A stretch of 64,000 nt of DNA from Phoronis australis (taxonomy: Eukaryota > Animalia > Phoronida): contig NMRA01000245.1 of assembly GCA_002633005.1 (NCBI GenBank), positions 186,001-250,000 on the forward strand, given 5' to 3'. The stretch's first letter is position 1, and each line of letters begins with the position of its first letter. Both the position numbers and the translations under genes were made by a program. The notes beneath the pieces are model-generated. The model was not told where the DNA came from. It did no database searches and worked only from the letters and a program-made list of their open reading frames with translations. This document shows, one piece after another, positions 14,660-29,839 of the stretch.

Positions 14660-15358
14660 CTACCCAGGTCTTGGCATGTTAACAACACTCAGTTGAATGT
14701 AATTATGCTGCATACATGAGTATTGACTTGACAATATGTTCAACTCCATTCAGCACCACCAGTGCGTATCCCTGTATAACACCTAAACACGCAGTCTATT
14801 CACAGACTACAAAACTTTCCCAGCTCATTAGCATCTGCTCCTCGGGAAAACACAAAAACCGCGCACGTTGGCACAGTACCAACCTCTCACAACGAAACAA
14901 AAGGGCGATGCCACACAGAGGGCCTGACAGTCGAGGGTAAGCCTTTCATGCCCTGGACACGTACAGCAAGCCAGACCATATGCCAAGTATCTTATTACCA
15001 CCTCTTCATCACAGTTGACATTCCTCAGCAATTCAAGCCCTGGGTATTACATGTTACTTACTCATCTTATCACTCTTCATTTGGTTAACAAAAAAGTCCA
15101 GTCTAAACCACAGCCGAGGTACTCTGGGGTCGCATGATGCGATCTTTTTAAAACTGGCAACTTTTCACGATCAGCAATGATTCCTACTAACTGCCTGTTA
15201 ACATTTTCATATTTTACGTTGATTTTCATTCAGAACAAAAAAAACAGAAATAGGCAACAGGAAATGCCACTACCTTGAAAGCTAGATCTTCTATTGGAGT
15301 TGAAATGTCCGATTTCCTTTTTCAAAGTTTTGTCAATATTTGCTTGAAAGGTGTGTCA

Positions 15359-15475
15359 ACGGCAATTAAGTCGGATGTAATGCGCCCGTATTTTGAGAAC
15401 CAGTTTGATGCCCGTTACTCAGTGGAGATAACTGGTTCTCGAAATTCCAGCACGTTATATCCAACCATTACCGTG
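15359..15475 (+). mobile_element. Hairpin MITE family A, copy 3
   Basis: Same arms and loop (GATGCCCGTTACTCAGTGGAG); the ORF track shows similar FENQF..YSVE peptides at the copies. Confidence 0.85.
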
Positions 15476-17605
15476 TGAACTGCCCACATGCGTGTGGATA
15501 CGGTTTACTCCACACGCTCAACATAACCATCTCGATGACTCTGGGCTGAACAGTTTGGAGCCGATGTTTCCACGGCTAATACAAGACTAACGTACCCAAC
15601 ACTTGACTATAATTAATTGTGATCTGTGGTCACTAAGGGCCATCACAGTTGGATAGGAAACCAATCCATTGACAAATTACCCAAAGCTAATTAGTGGATG
15701 CAGTTATGTACATTGACAAACGAGGGTGGACGTAACAACAGCATTGTAGTTAATATAAACAAGCATGTTTTTACAAGAGTTCTGCAAAGGATAGAAAACA
15801 GGTGGACCCGAGACAATTGATATTCATAAAAACATGAGAGTGGAAGGGGGGGGGGGGCTTATCAGTACCAAAAATATCACCTGCAGCTCACATATACTTT
15901 TAACACACATAACTAGCAGGCAAATATTTCAAACATACAGTCGGTAAAATCTCACCAATTTTGGACAAAAAAATTGCCAAAATTACACTTTTTTCATTTT
16001 TCAACAGCTTCAAACACTGTTGTAAATGCCGTCAATTTCTCAAAACATTGTCTGTTGATAGCTATAGTGCAGAGCTTATACGAGGCAAAGCATCACTCTG
16101 GTACTGTGCACCATTCATGAAAAAATAAGAAACTAGAATTTCACCTGTCCACCATACTGTGTCTTAAATCCGTGAGAGTTTACCATAACTAGTCAGGGTA
16201 ATAATACAACTCTACTGCTGCTGGTTAACTTCTAAGCAGCTCAGCACAGGTGAGTTTATATCTGGGATAGTCGACTCTTGATTATCAGGGTTCATCTCAG
16301 GGTGAGCATGCAAATTCACCGAGGGCTAAATCAATTTCTTTAAAAAATATCCACAACACTTCTACAGGCATGAACCAACACACAACTTGTGTGAGATGAA
16401 GAATGCACCATAGTCAGTAACTGTAAATAGCCAAGAATTGTTGAGATGTCAATTTCTGCTGTTTGGGAATTTTTATTTGACTGTCAATTCTTTGAAAAAC
16501 TAGTTCCAAATAAATAATTTAGGGGTTTAACAAATTATTGAAAAATCGCGGAATTTTCTATATTAAAAATGAACAGAACTACATAACATATAATCACTTA
16601 GATATTAACATTTAGCGGAGATCTTTTTTCTAAATATTACATGAAAATGGCCCCTTCCATCCAAACATTCATGCACTGAGGTATTGATCGGCCTTAGAAG
16701 TATTCTACCAAACCCAATAAGTGGACTACCCTCTATGAGAAATGAGCTGACAATATTTAATTAAGTTACCTGCTATTTGACCCTGTCTACACTCAGATTT
16801 ATAAATGTATTAGACTTTGTAATTGACTGGCATATACAACTAATTGGGCTGTGCAGAAAGATGTTCCAACTCAGCTTTTTGTGAAGCTGTATACAACTTG
16901 TCAATTGAATTAGAGCACGTCCTACTTTTTCCAAATTCCATTTGACTAAGGAGAAGTCATGTACTATCTTTGGATCATGGTCTACAAGCTCCGATTGTTA
17001 TAATAAGTTAATACAAAAATCGTAAACGACAAATCGTATCCAGCCAGAGCTTTAGGATGTCGGAGAAGCTCTAGACAGGATAACATGCAGCCCCTGAATA
17101 GTACAGTGTGTGCCTTTAAACAGGCTTGTTACCAGGATATGGTAGAGGCTTATACACCACTTCAGAGACTACATGACAACTCAATAACAATGTATACAAC
17201 TTTACAACACACCAACCCTGTCTCCCTTCTTGTACAATAACAATAAATGTAGGATCCCATTTCCAGCACATGACCTAAACTGCCAAGTGGACCTTGACAT
17301 TAATCAATCCTAACAGGTTAACAGGTGATTAAATGTTTACAAACCTATACCAATGTCATGGGTGACTGAAGTTCCCTTGGTGGCGCCAATAAATTAAGGT
17401 CCCTCCTTTTCACACCTGAATAGAATGCTGAGACTACAAAACGGTTCACCAAAACGAGGATATGAGTGCTATAATGGATCTGTGTGATTCAACTGAATCC
17501 AGGCATTTCTTTAGTAATGTCCCTCGGTTCACTTGTGACAACTAGTAAATCTCCACTTGGCCACTTTCCTGTGCATTTTGTGGTAAGTTGTTCACTAACA
17601 TGCAA

Positions 17606-17870
17606 TGTTTTCCACAACAGAAAATTCAAACTCGACTTGAATTTCAAAATTCATGTATGTGTCTTCAAAAGTCTGTGTGGAGTTAGTACGTTTAGTCTTA
17701 AATAAATACTCTGAACTGATAACAAAAGTCCAAGATGACCTAATTTGCTTCTTAAGAAATGGCTGATTTCTCAATATTTCAAACTCGTTGCTCCATGCAA
17801 GTGAGCCAAACTCATCACGGCAAAATTCAAACTCGACGCAGTGACGAGTCAAAACAGGTTGTGGAGAACA
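17606..17870 (+). mobile_element. ~270-bp TIR element family E (TIR TGTTCTCCACAAC)
   Basis: TGTTTTCCACAAC ... GTTGTGGAGAACA; homologous to 20247-20522 (+) and 37523-37800 (-). Confidence 0.8.
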
Positions 17871-20246
17871 CTGGTATGTGTTCGACATAGCCTATAACCA
17901 ACAACGAATGTAGTACAATTAACGACAAATGATCATTCAGTTCCATGTTGCACACTATAAGAACTGATGAAACCGTTACATTGATGGCCATTTTTAACAT
18001 TTTATGATCTGCCAAATGCATTTCCTTAATCGCAAAGTCCGACATTCAAGAATTCATACAAACACTAAAATCGCCAACGTTCAAAACTTCAGAATCAAGA
18101 AAATTCATTCTCGACTTAAATTTCCGTGTCCCAAACCAGAGAATTTTGAACGGAGCTGATATCAGACGGACAGAAAACCATCTGTCATAAAAATTGTACC
18201 CTTTTTAACTAAGCTGTTCACATACAAGAGCCACCTTTTTATGTAAATTATACCATATTTCGAGCTCACTAAATCACTAATCAAACACAATATTTAACTC
18301 TGCCATACAAAGACATTAAAGGTTAGCTCATCGAATCGTTTTTCAACAAACAACAGTTTATAATTCCAAATCAGCGCAGGCACACAATTCAAACAAAATA
18401 GAAGACAATCGCTCAAGAGATAAATATCAGTCCTTATTCAGAGTTAGCATTTACAACGTAAATCTAATCAAACAGTAACTTGAAGACAGACCCGTCTTTG
18501 TGGCAAAAAAACGCTTTGATGTTAGGCCATAAAATCGGGTCGTTTACCCGAAGAACAGTTTTAGCTCGAGGCAATGCAGACAGAACAACACAGACCGAGG
18601 GACACGATCTCTTAGCAACCACATGAGAAAAGGCGTTCGAGACGCGCAATGTTGTCCGTTGCCTGCAGCAAAATTGCCTGGGGCCGAAAACTTGCGCAAC
18701 TTTGCACTGTTGCATTCTGACACACGGGCATCAGATTGACAGACACCAAACATGACAAGCAATGAATTAAAACCGAATTTGAGACAAATTCATCACAGGC
18801 CAAAACAATCTGAACTGTACAAAAACAATGTTTTGGTTTACCATGACTGGTCTACGTCTGCTAAACAGTATCAAATCTTTCGACTTAGCATTTCACATTT
18901 ATGAATGATATTTCATATTCAGTTAAGGTTTCTGCAAGTTTGCTCTGAAACGTTGTTGAAGACTAAATGTAGGCGTGACTTTTGATTGGCCACTCAATTC
19001 ACTAACTACTCCTACTTACGCAGCCGGTCAAAAAGTTGCACAAAGTTGAACATGTTCAACGTCTAAACAACTTATCAACAGACATCTGTAACATGTCGTG
19101 GGGCACATGGCACGCTGATTCACCTGTGTGAACTTTTATGTCGGTTGTCATGTCGAGCAACTTTTTGGCCAACAATAGGGCCCATTTAAAATTGGCTAAA
19201 CTCTCGCACCAAACGGAAGCCGAATAAACAGTTTATCAATAAAGGAAGGAAAAAAAATTAGGAGGAACGATTCTTGATCCCATATTTGAATAAAGTGATG
19301 ATCAAAAATCTGATTCTATCCAATCAATATAGGTATGGAGGCACAAGCAACACCAAACTCCCCATTTCCAGTGGTCAACAAAAGTACACCATTGAATAGG
19401 GGGTGTATAGACAAGTGCATGTTCTTTCAACTGCTGATGAATGGCTGTGAGACCTTGAAGAGAGACTATTGTTTACAGAGGACTGGCTACAAGAGTGAAT
19501 AGGCCAAGACTGGCTGGTAGAAAGCAGCTTGAAGCTAGCATACAATTACCAAAGAATTGGGTTATTATCTTGCAGATTCATTGATGTGGCCAGGCAATCA
19601 GGCACCTAGTTTGTTAAACCCTGTATTGAAAGTTCTAATGAAGTCTGGGAAGGTCTACAGGAAATTTAAGGGGTTTATTTGGTCCCTGCTAATGTGAAGA
19701 TTATCTGTGCATCACCAAGCACTGGTACTAAACAGAGAGAAACCTTACAACAATTTATACACCTGAAGAAAGTCTGACAATAGCCTAGTCAACAGGCCTT
19801 GAAGTTCAGCAAACACAACATTGGTGATGAGACCAGTGCCTGACACTTTGGTGGTACACACACAACCAGAGTCTCAGGAGAAAGTGAAGTTTGACCCCTA
19901 CTCTAAAGGGCATCTTGGATTTTCACCAGTCACCAGGATTAGACAAACTTGCTCAAACAAACACTCAGATCAATTTTTGGCAGCATTGACAAGCACATTA
20001 AAAACATGTCATGTTTTGAACGGTTATCAAATTTGACAAAAATTAGTGAAAATTTGAAAACTATCATTACTGCTGTTATTTTCATGAGCTTTTTTGATGA
20101 AAAAATATTCCTGACTTCAATTTCCAATGATTCATGTATCTGGAGGTTCCAGTGCCTCAAGATGGGACCAAGAGTCCAAGACTATGTTGGAGAGCAGTAC
20201 AGAGGCACACATATACACGCATAGAGGGAGAGGTGAACAGTAGCAA

Positions 20247-20522
20247 TCTTCTCCACAACACAAAATTCAAACTTGACTTTAATATTACAAAATTCATGTA
20301 CATATTCGAAAGTCCATGTCCATACTGTGGGCAGTTTGTGTGTTAAGTCTCGGAATAAATGCAATGAAATGGAACCAAAATTAAAAAATGTTCTAATTTG
20401 TTTAAGAAATGACTTATCTCCCAATACTTCACACTCGTTGCATAGATTTTCAAACGCTACACAAGTAAGCCAAATTCATTGTGACGAAATTTAATCTTGA
20501 CCAGTGAGGAGTCAAAACAGGT
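20247..20522 (+). mobile_element. Family E copy
   Basis: TTCTCCACAACACAAAATTCAAACT ... GAGTCAAAACAGGT. Confidence 0.75.
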
Positions 20523-20667
20523 CGAGTAGTTTATATGATTTCCTGGCAATGAAAGGGAAACTGAAATTTCAGAAGAGACAGTTCCACAATACCACACCTT
20601 AGTTTACTGTGTGAGAACCTAAACTGATAAACCAGATGGCCAGATCACTTCAGGTGACCAAAGTACC

Positions 20668-21052
20668 TTACTCCTGGAACGAGTTGTCAATAGTTTTGGG
20701 GGCTGTCTGGATGCTATTTAAACAACTGGTAGTGCAACTTGTCCCACTTGTGACAACTTATTCCACCATATCGAGCGAGGTAGGGTAAGTTGTATCACTT
20801 CTAATCACTGTAAGGCCGAAAACCAGGCACAAGGCAGATGTTATTAACGCTTTTGTACAGTTACATAATACGGGTCTTCTTAATTGTGTGGTAAGCGCAC
20901 CAGCTATACACTGTCAAAGTTTCCTCGAAAGCGCAGACTGACAACTTCACCTTGCACTAGTTATCGGATATGCTTGTGGACGCCCCGCTAAAAGTGGGGC
21001 AAGTTGCACTAGTGCAAGTTGTTCTAGGGTAAGTCTGTGTGTAGGCGGGACT
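20668..21052 (+). mobile_element. Family D copy, 5'-truncated
   Basis: Shares AAGTTGCACTAGTGCAAGTTGTTCTAGGGTA end and internal segments with the 29462 copy. Confidence 0.75.
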
Positions 21053-22386
21053 CAGTACACTTAAAACACTGAGGCTGGCTGGTAGAAAACATTGCCTGCC
21101 AGTGAGTCATGATAAGACAGCACCAACCAGTCACAGAAGAACACTGTGGTCTGTCATCTGTCACTTCTGGGCCAGTGCAGACAAAGAGCCTCCAGTGCAA
21201 ATGAGCTCAGCTTATAACTATCTACCCCAAGACAAATTGCTCATTTTTGGATTTCTTACATTTGACAAGAGTAAATTCTCACAGTATGCATGTGAGGTGA
21301 GCTACCATTTACCTCTAGTAACCAATCAAAACTAATTATTGCAAATCTCTCTCACTGTTTACAGAACAGTGAACATTTTACCAAACTATGCGTGGGGTAA
21401 CAATGATGCAAGGCAAATTACATCTGAGGCAAACATCTCAGCTTGTGCCTGTACCTCCATGACGACCCCTAGTGGACAAACCTTATCATGCACGTATTAA
21501 CAAGCGTGCATAGGCTGGAGGCGTGAAAGTGCACAAACAATCTGGGTTTGACAATATCCACTCAATCAGAAATAATGGCACAAATGCACACACACAGCCA
21601 CACAGATACACACAGTGTAACACACTATGTAGAACTACCTGCACTGGCCTGCATTCAGCCAGGTCAAGGGCAAGCCAAGATCAATAGACCATTTGTTGAC
21701 TTTGACAGCTAATGCAGAGGCAGAGAAAGTCCAAGGTAATAGAAATATCAAGGATCATTTTAGAAAATGGTGGTATGGGTAATTGACCCACACTGCTTCA
21801 AGTCTAAGGGGCCAATTTGGACAACCTAGGGTCCACGTTAGGTTTTTGTCCTTGTTCGCTTCCAATTTCAATGTACCTGGTGGCCCAAGCTAAGCAATCA
21901 CAGTGCGTCAATGAAAATTATTTTTGCACCAATGACGTGTAGCGCGCTCCTAAAATTATCCCCGCGACATGAGTATGGACTGTTTTTGTTTATAGCTAAT
22001 ATCTTAGAACCACTGAAAGCTGCATTATTACAGTGAAGCTGACTTGTAGCACTACCTGACACATATTAATGGTGTACGCGAAAAGGAGATAAATTGATGC
22101 TTCATCCAGACCAGACTTTCTATACTAACTTCAGAAAAGTCACGTAATAACTGAAGTGAATAGACAGCAGTAAGTGGAGGTAAACAAGTACACAACAGAA
22201 TGTGAATGGCTGTGGTTTCAAAGGTCATTATAATTAGTTATATAAGCTTTTGACAACTGTCATAACATATTCGACCCGTAATTCATGAAAAAAATGAAGC
22301 TAAACCAAGCACAGTCCATAGCAAATACACGATAACATGGCGACTGGAATGACCTACGCTCCTAGCGATACCAGCAGCGAAACTAA

Positions 22387-22442
22387 AAGTGCAACTCCCT
22401 CATAGTAAACTTAAGTGCAACTCCCTCATAGTAAACTTAAGT
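22387..22442. repeat. Tandem 26 bp x2
   Basis: AAGTGCAACTCCCTCATAGTAAACTT duplicated. Confidence 0.85.
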
Positions 22443-23512
22443 TTTATGAAATTAACTTTTGGAATGTACATGCTCAACCCGTATATATGTTCTAAATTCT
22501 GAATGACTGGAAATTCTTAATATGTACCTTGAAAAACTGCGCAGAGCTATTTCTTTTGAAACTTGACATTTTTTGCTTCACTAAAAGCAAATTTCCGAAA
22601 AATTGAACTGTCATTGCGTAAGGAACAATGACTTGGATATTTTATTTGACCTCAAATGACAAGAGTAAAAATAAAAAAATTGAGACACCGTTTACTTGGC
22701 CAACACCATCAAATTAAATAAGCGTGGGAAATCTCATGTAATCAAACCACATACCAAAGAGATATTGATGTTCAAAACCGCTATAAGGCCTGACAATGGC
22801 TGATGAAGATTTGTCACACAAGTGCGAGAAAAAAACCTCCACGGAGGTTGACAATTACCTTAAATACACGAACAAACACAGCTGCAGAGTGCTATATAAA
22901 ATTAGCCGTTGGTAATGTTCACCGAACGAAGGAGTGATTGACCGATAGCACTGGAATATCATTATCAAATCAAAGAACCTTGCGACTAAAACTATCATTC
23001 ATCTCTTTGAAATGCATGAAGACGTTAATCACGAAGTAGTCAACAGTGTTAAATGCGTGAAGACAGTTGATAGTTTCTCTCCAGGGCATGCTGGTACTGT
23101 AACATCCACTGGTAGACACATACAATCCATAACAAGCCTGGGTATATAAGCAGACAGAGTTAGGGTGAAGACATCTTAGCTGACCAGGCAGCTTGGCTGG
23201 CAACCAACTGGGTGACTAGAGGTCAGCTACATAAATAGATGTCTTGATGGCAAGCTGTGTATATCAACCTTGACTGGCTACTACTGCCTGATGGGCATTC
23301 TTGAATGTGAGTGGATCTGTGTACTCCAGTACAGCCTGGCTTTGTCTGTAGAAGTATGTGACATTCTTCAACTGGCTAGTAACTTTATTGAAACCCACTA
23401 CAAGTGTGTTAGAATGGTAATTTCTGATTGGTGTTTGCATACAATATGACTCTAGCAGGTACACGTGTACTTGATGGGGCAGCAGGTCCCCTGATAAATT
23501 CAACGCGTCTGT

Positions 23513-23690
23513 AACTGACTTATGGCAAGATCTGCCCCCTTGCGAAATGTTGACAAACAAACAACAAGTTTTACCAGGTAACGTGTTGTTGGTCGGGTAA
23601 AATGGCAGCTTGGAAACAAAGGTGTGTCAAGAATGCTGCGTTCTAATTGGTCTGTTAAGCAGTCACTCAAAACCCTGCGATAGGTCAATT
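23513..23690 (+). mobile_element. MITE family C copy
   Basis: Ends TGCGATAGGTCAATT; internal GCTTGGAAACAAAGGTGTGTCAAGAATGCTG shared. Confidence 0.85.
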
Positions 23691-24497
23691 GTCCCTCAAC
23701 TGTATGCGACTATCAAGACACTGCTTGCATATTCTATTCATTCAAAAACTACCATTAACAAGACAGAAGTCTGTTTTAACTAAGCAATAGCAGCAACTGC
23801 AGTTGTTGCTATCATGTTAAGAACAATTGTCAAATGTGTCGATAATGACTAGATAAACTGGCGAGGAGGGGGTGAGAATTGGGACATGGTGTAATTTCTA
23901 CTGATAAATCCACTCACAGAGCAAGCACAAGGGAACGTATTAAGATTGTAATATATTTGTGTAAGCGCACCTGTTATTGCACAATGGTGTGAACTACAAA
24001 TTCAAATGGCGACTGCTTCTTTGCCCCCTTTGAGTTGAAAGAGTGCAAATGAATTCTTCTCACAACCAGACTGGAAATTCTCAAGCACAAGCCAACATCC
24101 AAAGTTAGATAAATCTAAAGTCTCATTCACACCAGTGACAGCTGTAACAGAGCAACTAACATGGAACAGCCAATCAGGCGTAAGTGTGTACGGACACAAC
24201 TGACATGTAGCAAGTTGACACCGCGGCCATCTTTGACACTGGTTTGAAAAGCAGAGCAAGTTGCCCTCGATCAGTTGTGTCAACTACACCTCTAAACATA
24301 GCTGGGGCATGGTGGAAAGGGATCATCTTTCAATGCGCTTGTGCAATAGCGCACATACGGGTGATTTGCTGGTATTCCACTAGGTTTGGACCTTCGCTAT
24401 TGTTTATGCGAGCATGCACATAGTCTTTATGTAAATGACTTAGACTTATCCAGTTTGCGACCTAATGTCGTACAAATGCGGCTCAAGTGAAGCAAAG

Positions 24498-24556
24498 CAC
24501 ACCATGACAACTCGCACCATGACAACTCGTACCATGTCAACTCGCACCCTGACGAC
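24498..24556. repeat. Tandem 15 bp x~4
   Basis: CACCATGACAACTCG variants (gives TMTTR repeats in ORF 24465). Confidence 0.85.
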
Positions 24557-27500
24557 TGTTCTTTGTGTAAAAACAGCTTACATGAAAACCTCCCTTTGTT
24601 CACAATCCAAAATTGGCAATCAAATGACTAAAAACATCCTGGTAAAAAACTCCTACAGTGTAGTACGTCCTGGCCAAATGGCGTATAGGATGCATGGCAA
24701 CAATGCCGTGCAAATTTCACAAGCCAAAAATCGTGCGACTGATGTTGTTTATGTATTATATTAATTATTTTTAGTTTACTTCCACATCAGGGATTTCACC
24801 AGCATCATGCTTCACTAAATCGAATCTCAATACTTCAAGACCATACTAACATTTCTGACAGCCCACTCAATAAGTCTACCCTCAACATTAACACGATACA
24901 CTGTTACAATGATAACTGTCTACCTACCAAAACTAAATGCACTTCCATTATAATAAGGACTCACATTCCAGATTTCTTGATGGGCAACACTGATTCAAGA
25001 CAACTTGCAGTGTCGTACCACACTTGATATTAAATCTAAATTGAAATTGAAACTACTAATAGAACATGCGCATTCTGAATAAATCAGGGTAGAGGTCACT
25101 GAACCAACATTAGAAGTCTAAATACCATAAGTGGGAATTGCCAATTTGAAAAAATCACTCCATTTATTATGAAAGTTGTTAAAGGCCAGTCAGGCACACT
25201 TATCTGAGACAATTAAGCACCCGGCCAACTGAGAAGACAACTATTGCACCAATACACTACTAAAACCTAGATGGCACTGCTGATAGAATGAAATAACGAA
25301 GGAATGAAACGAGTCGCTACCACGGCATCAATTTTGTAACCTACGTCGGAGGTAGAGGAACTTGCGCCCAATCATCTCGCTCAGTGTCAACTATACTTCA
25401 AAATTTGAAACTGGGGCAACGTGGAAGTGATCTTGCTACCGTACCTGCGCTAGTGCAATAGCATACAGGAGACCCTGTTTGCGCCATATCTAAGCCTCAA
25501 ATCCTTTGCTTTTTGCCCGTTTAGTTCACGTTTTCATACCTCTTTCATGTGCCAAACAAAACTTTAACTCCTGTCATTTGTAACCCTAAGCATGCGCACT
25601 CCACCTTCCTACCTCCAACTTCCATCATGCCACCCATTTTGGAATTGTGTGTTAGCTATGCTTGACATAGATTATCTTGCACCTGTCAATTCTAGCTATG
25701 TCACAGTCAACATCTAAACAGTGCTTAGGACACCAGCTTTGGCCACTTGGCAGGTAAATCGAGACCCGTACCATCCATGCCTACATCTGGGGAGAACTGC
25801 AACCCTTCAAGAGCCAAGTATGGCTACCATATAAAACCACTGGTTAGTTCCAACTGCCAGTTGGCACTTGGCATAACAAACACAGTCAAAAGAAGCCCTT
25901 AGGTTTACATCAGTTCTTGTTTCAATATAACGCCCACATCTCCCAAGTCCTCTGTTCATAGTATAGATTGTGTGGTGTAGTGAAAGCCGTCTCATTACGA
26001 TTGTGTATTTGTTCAGATGGGATCAACATGAAAAGGACACAGCTACCATGCTGTAAATGCTGTAAGCTGGCCTTCTGACTAGTCAGGTGAAATATATAGG
26101 TTGTCTCAGATAAAACTAGTAATACAGCAGCTTGAGTTTTTATCTACCCATCTCTGATACTAACGAACAACCAGCGTGACGTTTTTCTTACGACAATGAA
26201 TAAAACTTATCCATGTACACGATTTAAAAACTACATTCAACAAAACCTGGGAAATACATTGCACTACTTTGTTTTCAGTGACCAGTGTCCAACACCTGAT
26301 GCTCAAACCTCACGTGACCTAGCAGTAAACAAGAGCAGCATCTCCCATGCTGGCAACGCAAACGCTAACCTTCTAGGTGTGTTTATTACATATCACGTAA
26401 GGTATAAAATACACTAATTTGTTCAAAGCTAAGAATCGACTGGTGCTCGCGTATCCCCGCCACCAAAATCTTAAAAAATCTGTCGAGCCGTACTAACAAT
26501 ACAGGACAAGCAACATCTAACCAATAACTAAACTGGCAGGTGGCGCTATGGTAGTCCAATCAAATAGTGATGGCCCAATCCTTGTGTCGAGTATCCTAAA
26601 AATATGAATAGCCGATATGGTTTACCATTACCGGTCAAAGAAAGACTTACCAAAAACTGAAGCTGCTAACGGGGTCGTAAGATAGTCAACTTCCTCAAAA
26701 GGAGGGATGGTGGTGGCATACTTCAACTACATACTCCCCATGTGGACTTTGCTGGAGCATTCCCTATTTACTTTGTAAGCCAATACTAGCACAAATTACT
26801 TTATTGACATCTGGTCTAAGTTATCTCCACATGTTAAGCAGGTATTTTCAGTGAAAAAAAGTAAGATATTTCAGGAAGCAATACCAGCCAACAAAAGCGT
26901 TTAGCCACTGACCAATTCTGCAGCTTCCCTAAACATAAATTTTTCAACCTCAATTTCAACCAGTTCTTTGATGTACTATTTCTGAGCGGACTCACAAAAT
27001 GTCAACAATTTCCAAGACATGCTTGGCAGTTCTAAAGCCGAGAGTCAACAGGCAGCCAATTTCTGGTCAAAAACAACAATGGGCAACAGTGGGTGCAAAT
27101 GTAGATAGATTTGTCCAAAAACTGCCTGGTACTGGTACCGTGCAAGAAGTCTACACCGTAATTCATACACAGACCTAGACATAAAACCGTGCCACACAAC
27201 ATGTTCACTAGGAAATACAACAATAATTTTTCTGATGACACACAACAGTCTGAATAAACGAAGTAGATTTTACCTGCCATGACCTTTTGATCATGTGACA
27301 TTTAATTGAGAACCACATGGGGAAACACTACACTATAAATCTGGCTCAGCGTTTTCACCAATCGGTCAAGTAGCTTAGCTGTGAGTGTTTTTGGTGTAAT
27401 TACCAACTCCCACAGGATGGAACCATTTGGAAGGTCAATCTGAGTACATGGAAGGCTGGACAAATCAACATCTTAACCATTCAAATATCAAGACTGATAG

Positions 27501-28456
27501 TCGCCACTATGTAGACACATTCATACGACACACACGATCAATAACTGGCATTTAACACTGTACACTTGTACAATCCAAACACACCAGAGATCGGCTGCAG
27601 ACTAAAACGTACTGGACACGCAAGTCAATGTTTGCATTCATATCTCATATTAACCACAAAATGACACCAATGTGTTCGAAATCAAGTTGCTAGTGCTCAC
27701 AGTAGATCAGACAGGCAGAAATCGGTGATTACTTCAACACTGAGATAAAAAGAATATTCATGTATATCACTACACAGCTTTATGGATTCATGAATTTCGG
27801 GAACCAAATTTCACAGAACACCTCTTAGCCATACAGTTGAAGACTAGAATTGTGAATTTCTGTGACACGCAGTTGCATAAAGGTCTCTCTAAACACCTGG
27901 GTAACAGTAACAGGCAAAACATCTGTGACCCATTGTTGCCACCAGAAGCGGACGAGTAGATTTTTTTACAAGGTGCCCAACCAAGGTGACATCCATGACC
28001 CAGTGATGCACGAGATTTAATAGGTGGATATGAAGTTATGAACCATACTCCCTACCCCCCACAGAAAACAGGGACCACCCTTCTTTCTGATCCATATGGT
28101 CAACATGAGTGTTCTGATCTTCTGGTACTCTAAAGCTTCTCTAAATCGCTTTCTAACAGACAATTGTCTCTTGCTGGTCAGTTAGGACACTCGACTCACA
28201 CAGCCGTGACTCCCTGTTCAACTCTGACCATGGTCAGGTACTTTTCTATATAGCAATACACAATTGCATTCTGGCACATTGATACAGAAGGGAGCAGGTT
28301 GCTACCACAGACATGGAGACATAATCCTGGCATTGTGAATTCAGTTGCAGACAATTTGGCCTGCTTTACTTGAGTCAACACTGCTGAACACACTGACTTG
28401 CATGAGTCAATGATATAATATGGCTCACACACGTGGCAGGCTACACCTAAACCTAG

Positions 28457-28640
28457 TTTCTCGCGAGAAAATAAAGATCTCACAACGAAACTTCACAAAA
28501 TCACGCAAGTGAAAGACAAGCGTTTTGGTAGTACACTCGGGAGCTTATTAGCTTGCCTTAGCAAAATGGCAGCCATTGACGTGATTAGTCGGTGAGGTGG
28601 AAAGTTGAATTTTGGGATTGAACTCAGTATTTCCATTCCT
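28457..28640 (+). repeat. Dispersed repeat family F, second copy
   Basis: Colinear blocks shared with 6630-6830. Confidence 0.65.
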
Positions 28641-29461
28641 CAAGAGAATTTCATGACACGTGTTCAATCAGTCCCCGAAATTCAACCCAACTCTTGGTAG
28701 CGATATTCCAATCTCTTCTGCCATGGGACAAAAGCAATGTCACGTAACTGGTCCTCCCAACAAGGGACACATGGTGGTTACCGCAACACCATAATTGTCT
28801 GTTGCCACTCAATAATGATGGCACTTTTATAAGGTCAATCTATACTACGATGGTACTAGTTCGTAGCAAATGGCTCCACAGCACGGATGCAAACCCTAAC
28901 TCAAACAGGTTACAGCAGAATTGGACCTTGAGTAAGTAGCTACGGCTCCAAAAAAATGGACTTTTGTACAAAATAACGACAAAGTAAACACATTCTCTAT
29001 TGATCTTTTTAATAAACTGAAAGTAAATATCAGGTTTGTCAACTCAGTACGGTCTCAAATAAGGAAGTGAACACAGACAGAAAGATGACTTGGGCCTAAA
29101 GTTAACACGACTGCATGCTTACTAGCAGGAGCCAGGCCAGTGGTAGGCAGTGTTAGGAAGGCCAGCCGTCAAGTTACAAGCATTGCATGTGCTTGACGGA
29201 CAACTGGACAACGAAATCATGAATCATGCTATAGAACAGGTGATCCAACTCCAAGGAACACTAACACCATTTACAATCAGAAAACTGCAGGAAAACACCT
29301 TCGCACAAATAATCACATGAACAATACACACGAATGAACAACAATGTCATAGCTGTTCTTGCAACAAATGAAGGTAAAGACACATTGATTATGAAGTTGT
29401 AGTTATTGGAAAAAGCATATAGACTATCTGGTTCTGAACAACACAATACCAGTAAATAAAA

Positions 29462-29839
29462 TGCTGTCCACATGCAGACTTACCCTAGAACAATTTACGC
29501 CAGGAACAAGTTGTTGCTAGGGACGCTATTTAAACAAGCGCAACTTGCCCCGCTTGAGACAACTAACTCCACGTTTTCGAGGTGGGGTAACTTGTTCCAG
29601 GGTAACTAGCGACACTTGTAATCGCAGGTAGGGCGGAAGGAATTACCAGCTACGGTTACATACAGACGAGGTTTTTCTTGAGCGCTGTGCTGGCATTATG
29701 TTTCATTGTCATGCACTAAGAAACAACTTCTGCCTTACCCTAGTAGTCATCGGATAAGTGCGTGTGGACGCTGCCCTTAAAAGTGGGGTAAGTTGCACTA
29801 GTGCAAGTTGTTCTAGGGTAGGCTGTGTGTGGATGGTAC
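29462..29839 (+). mobile_element. ~370-bp non-autonomous TIR element family D (possibly PIF/Harbinger-like)
   Basis: TIR GTCCACA.GCAGACTTACCCTAGAACAA / TTGTTCTAGGGTAGGCTGTGTGTGGA; homologous to 20668-21052 and 41171-41513. Superfamily inferred from GG..CGTCCACA-type ends only. Confidence 0.75.

Noticed and set aside
24465-24764. 99-aa ORF with TMTTR repeats
   Set aside because: Explained by a 15-bp tandem repeat; no other coding evidence.
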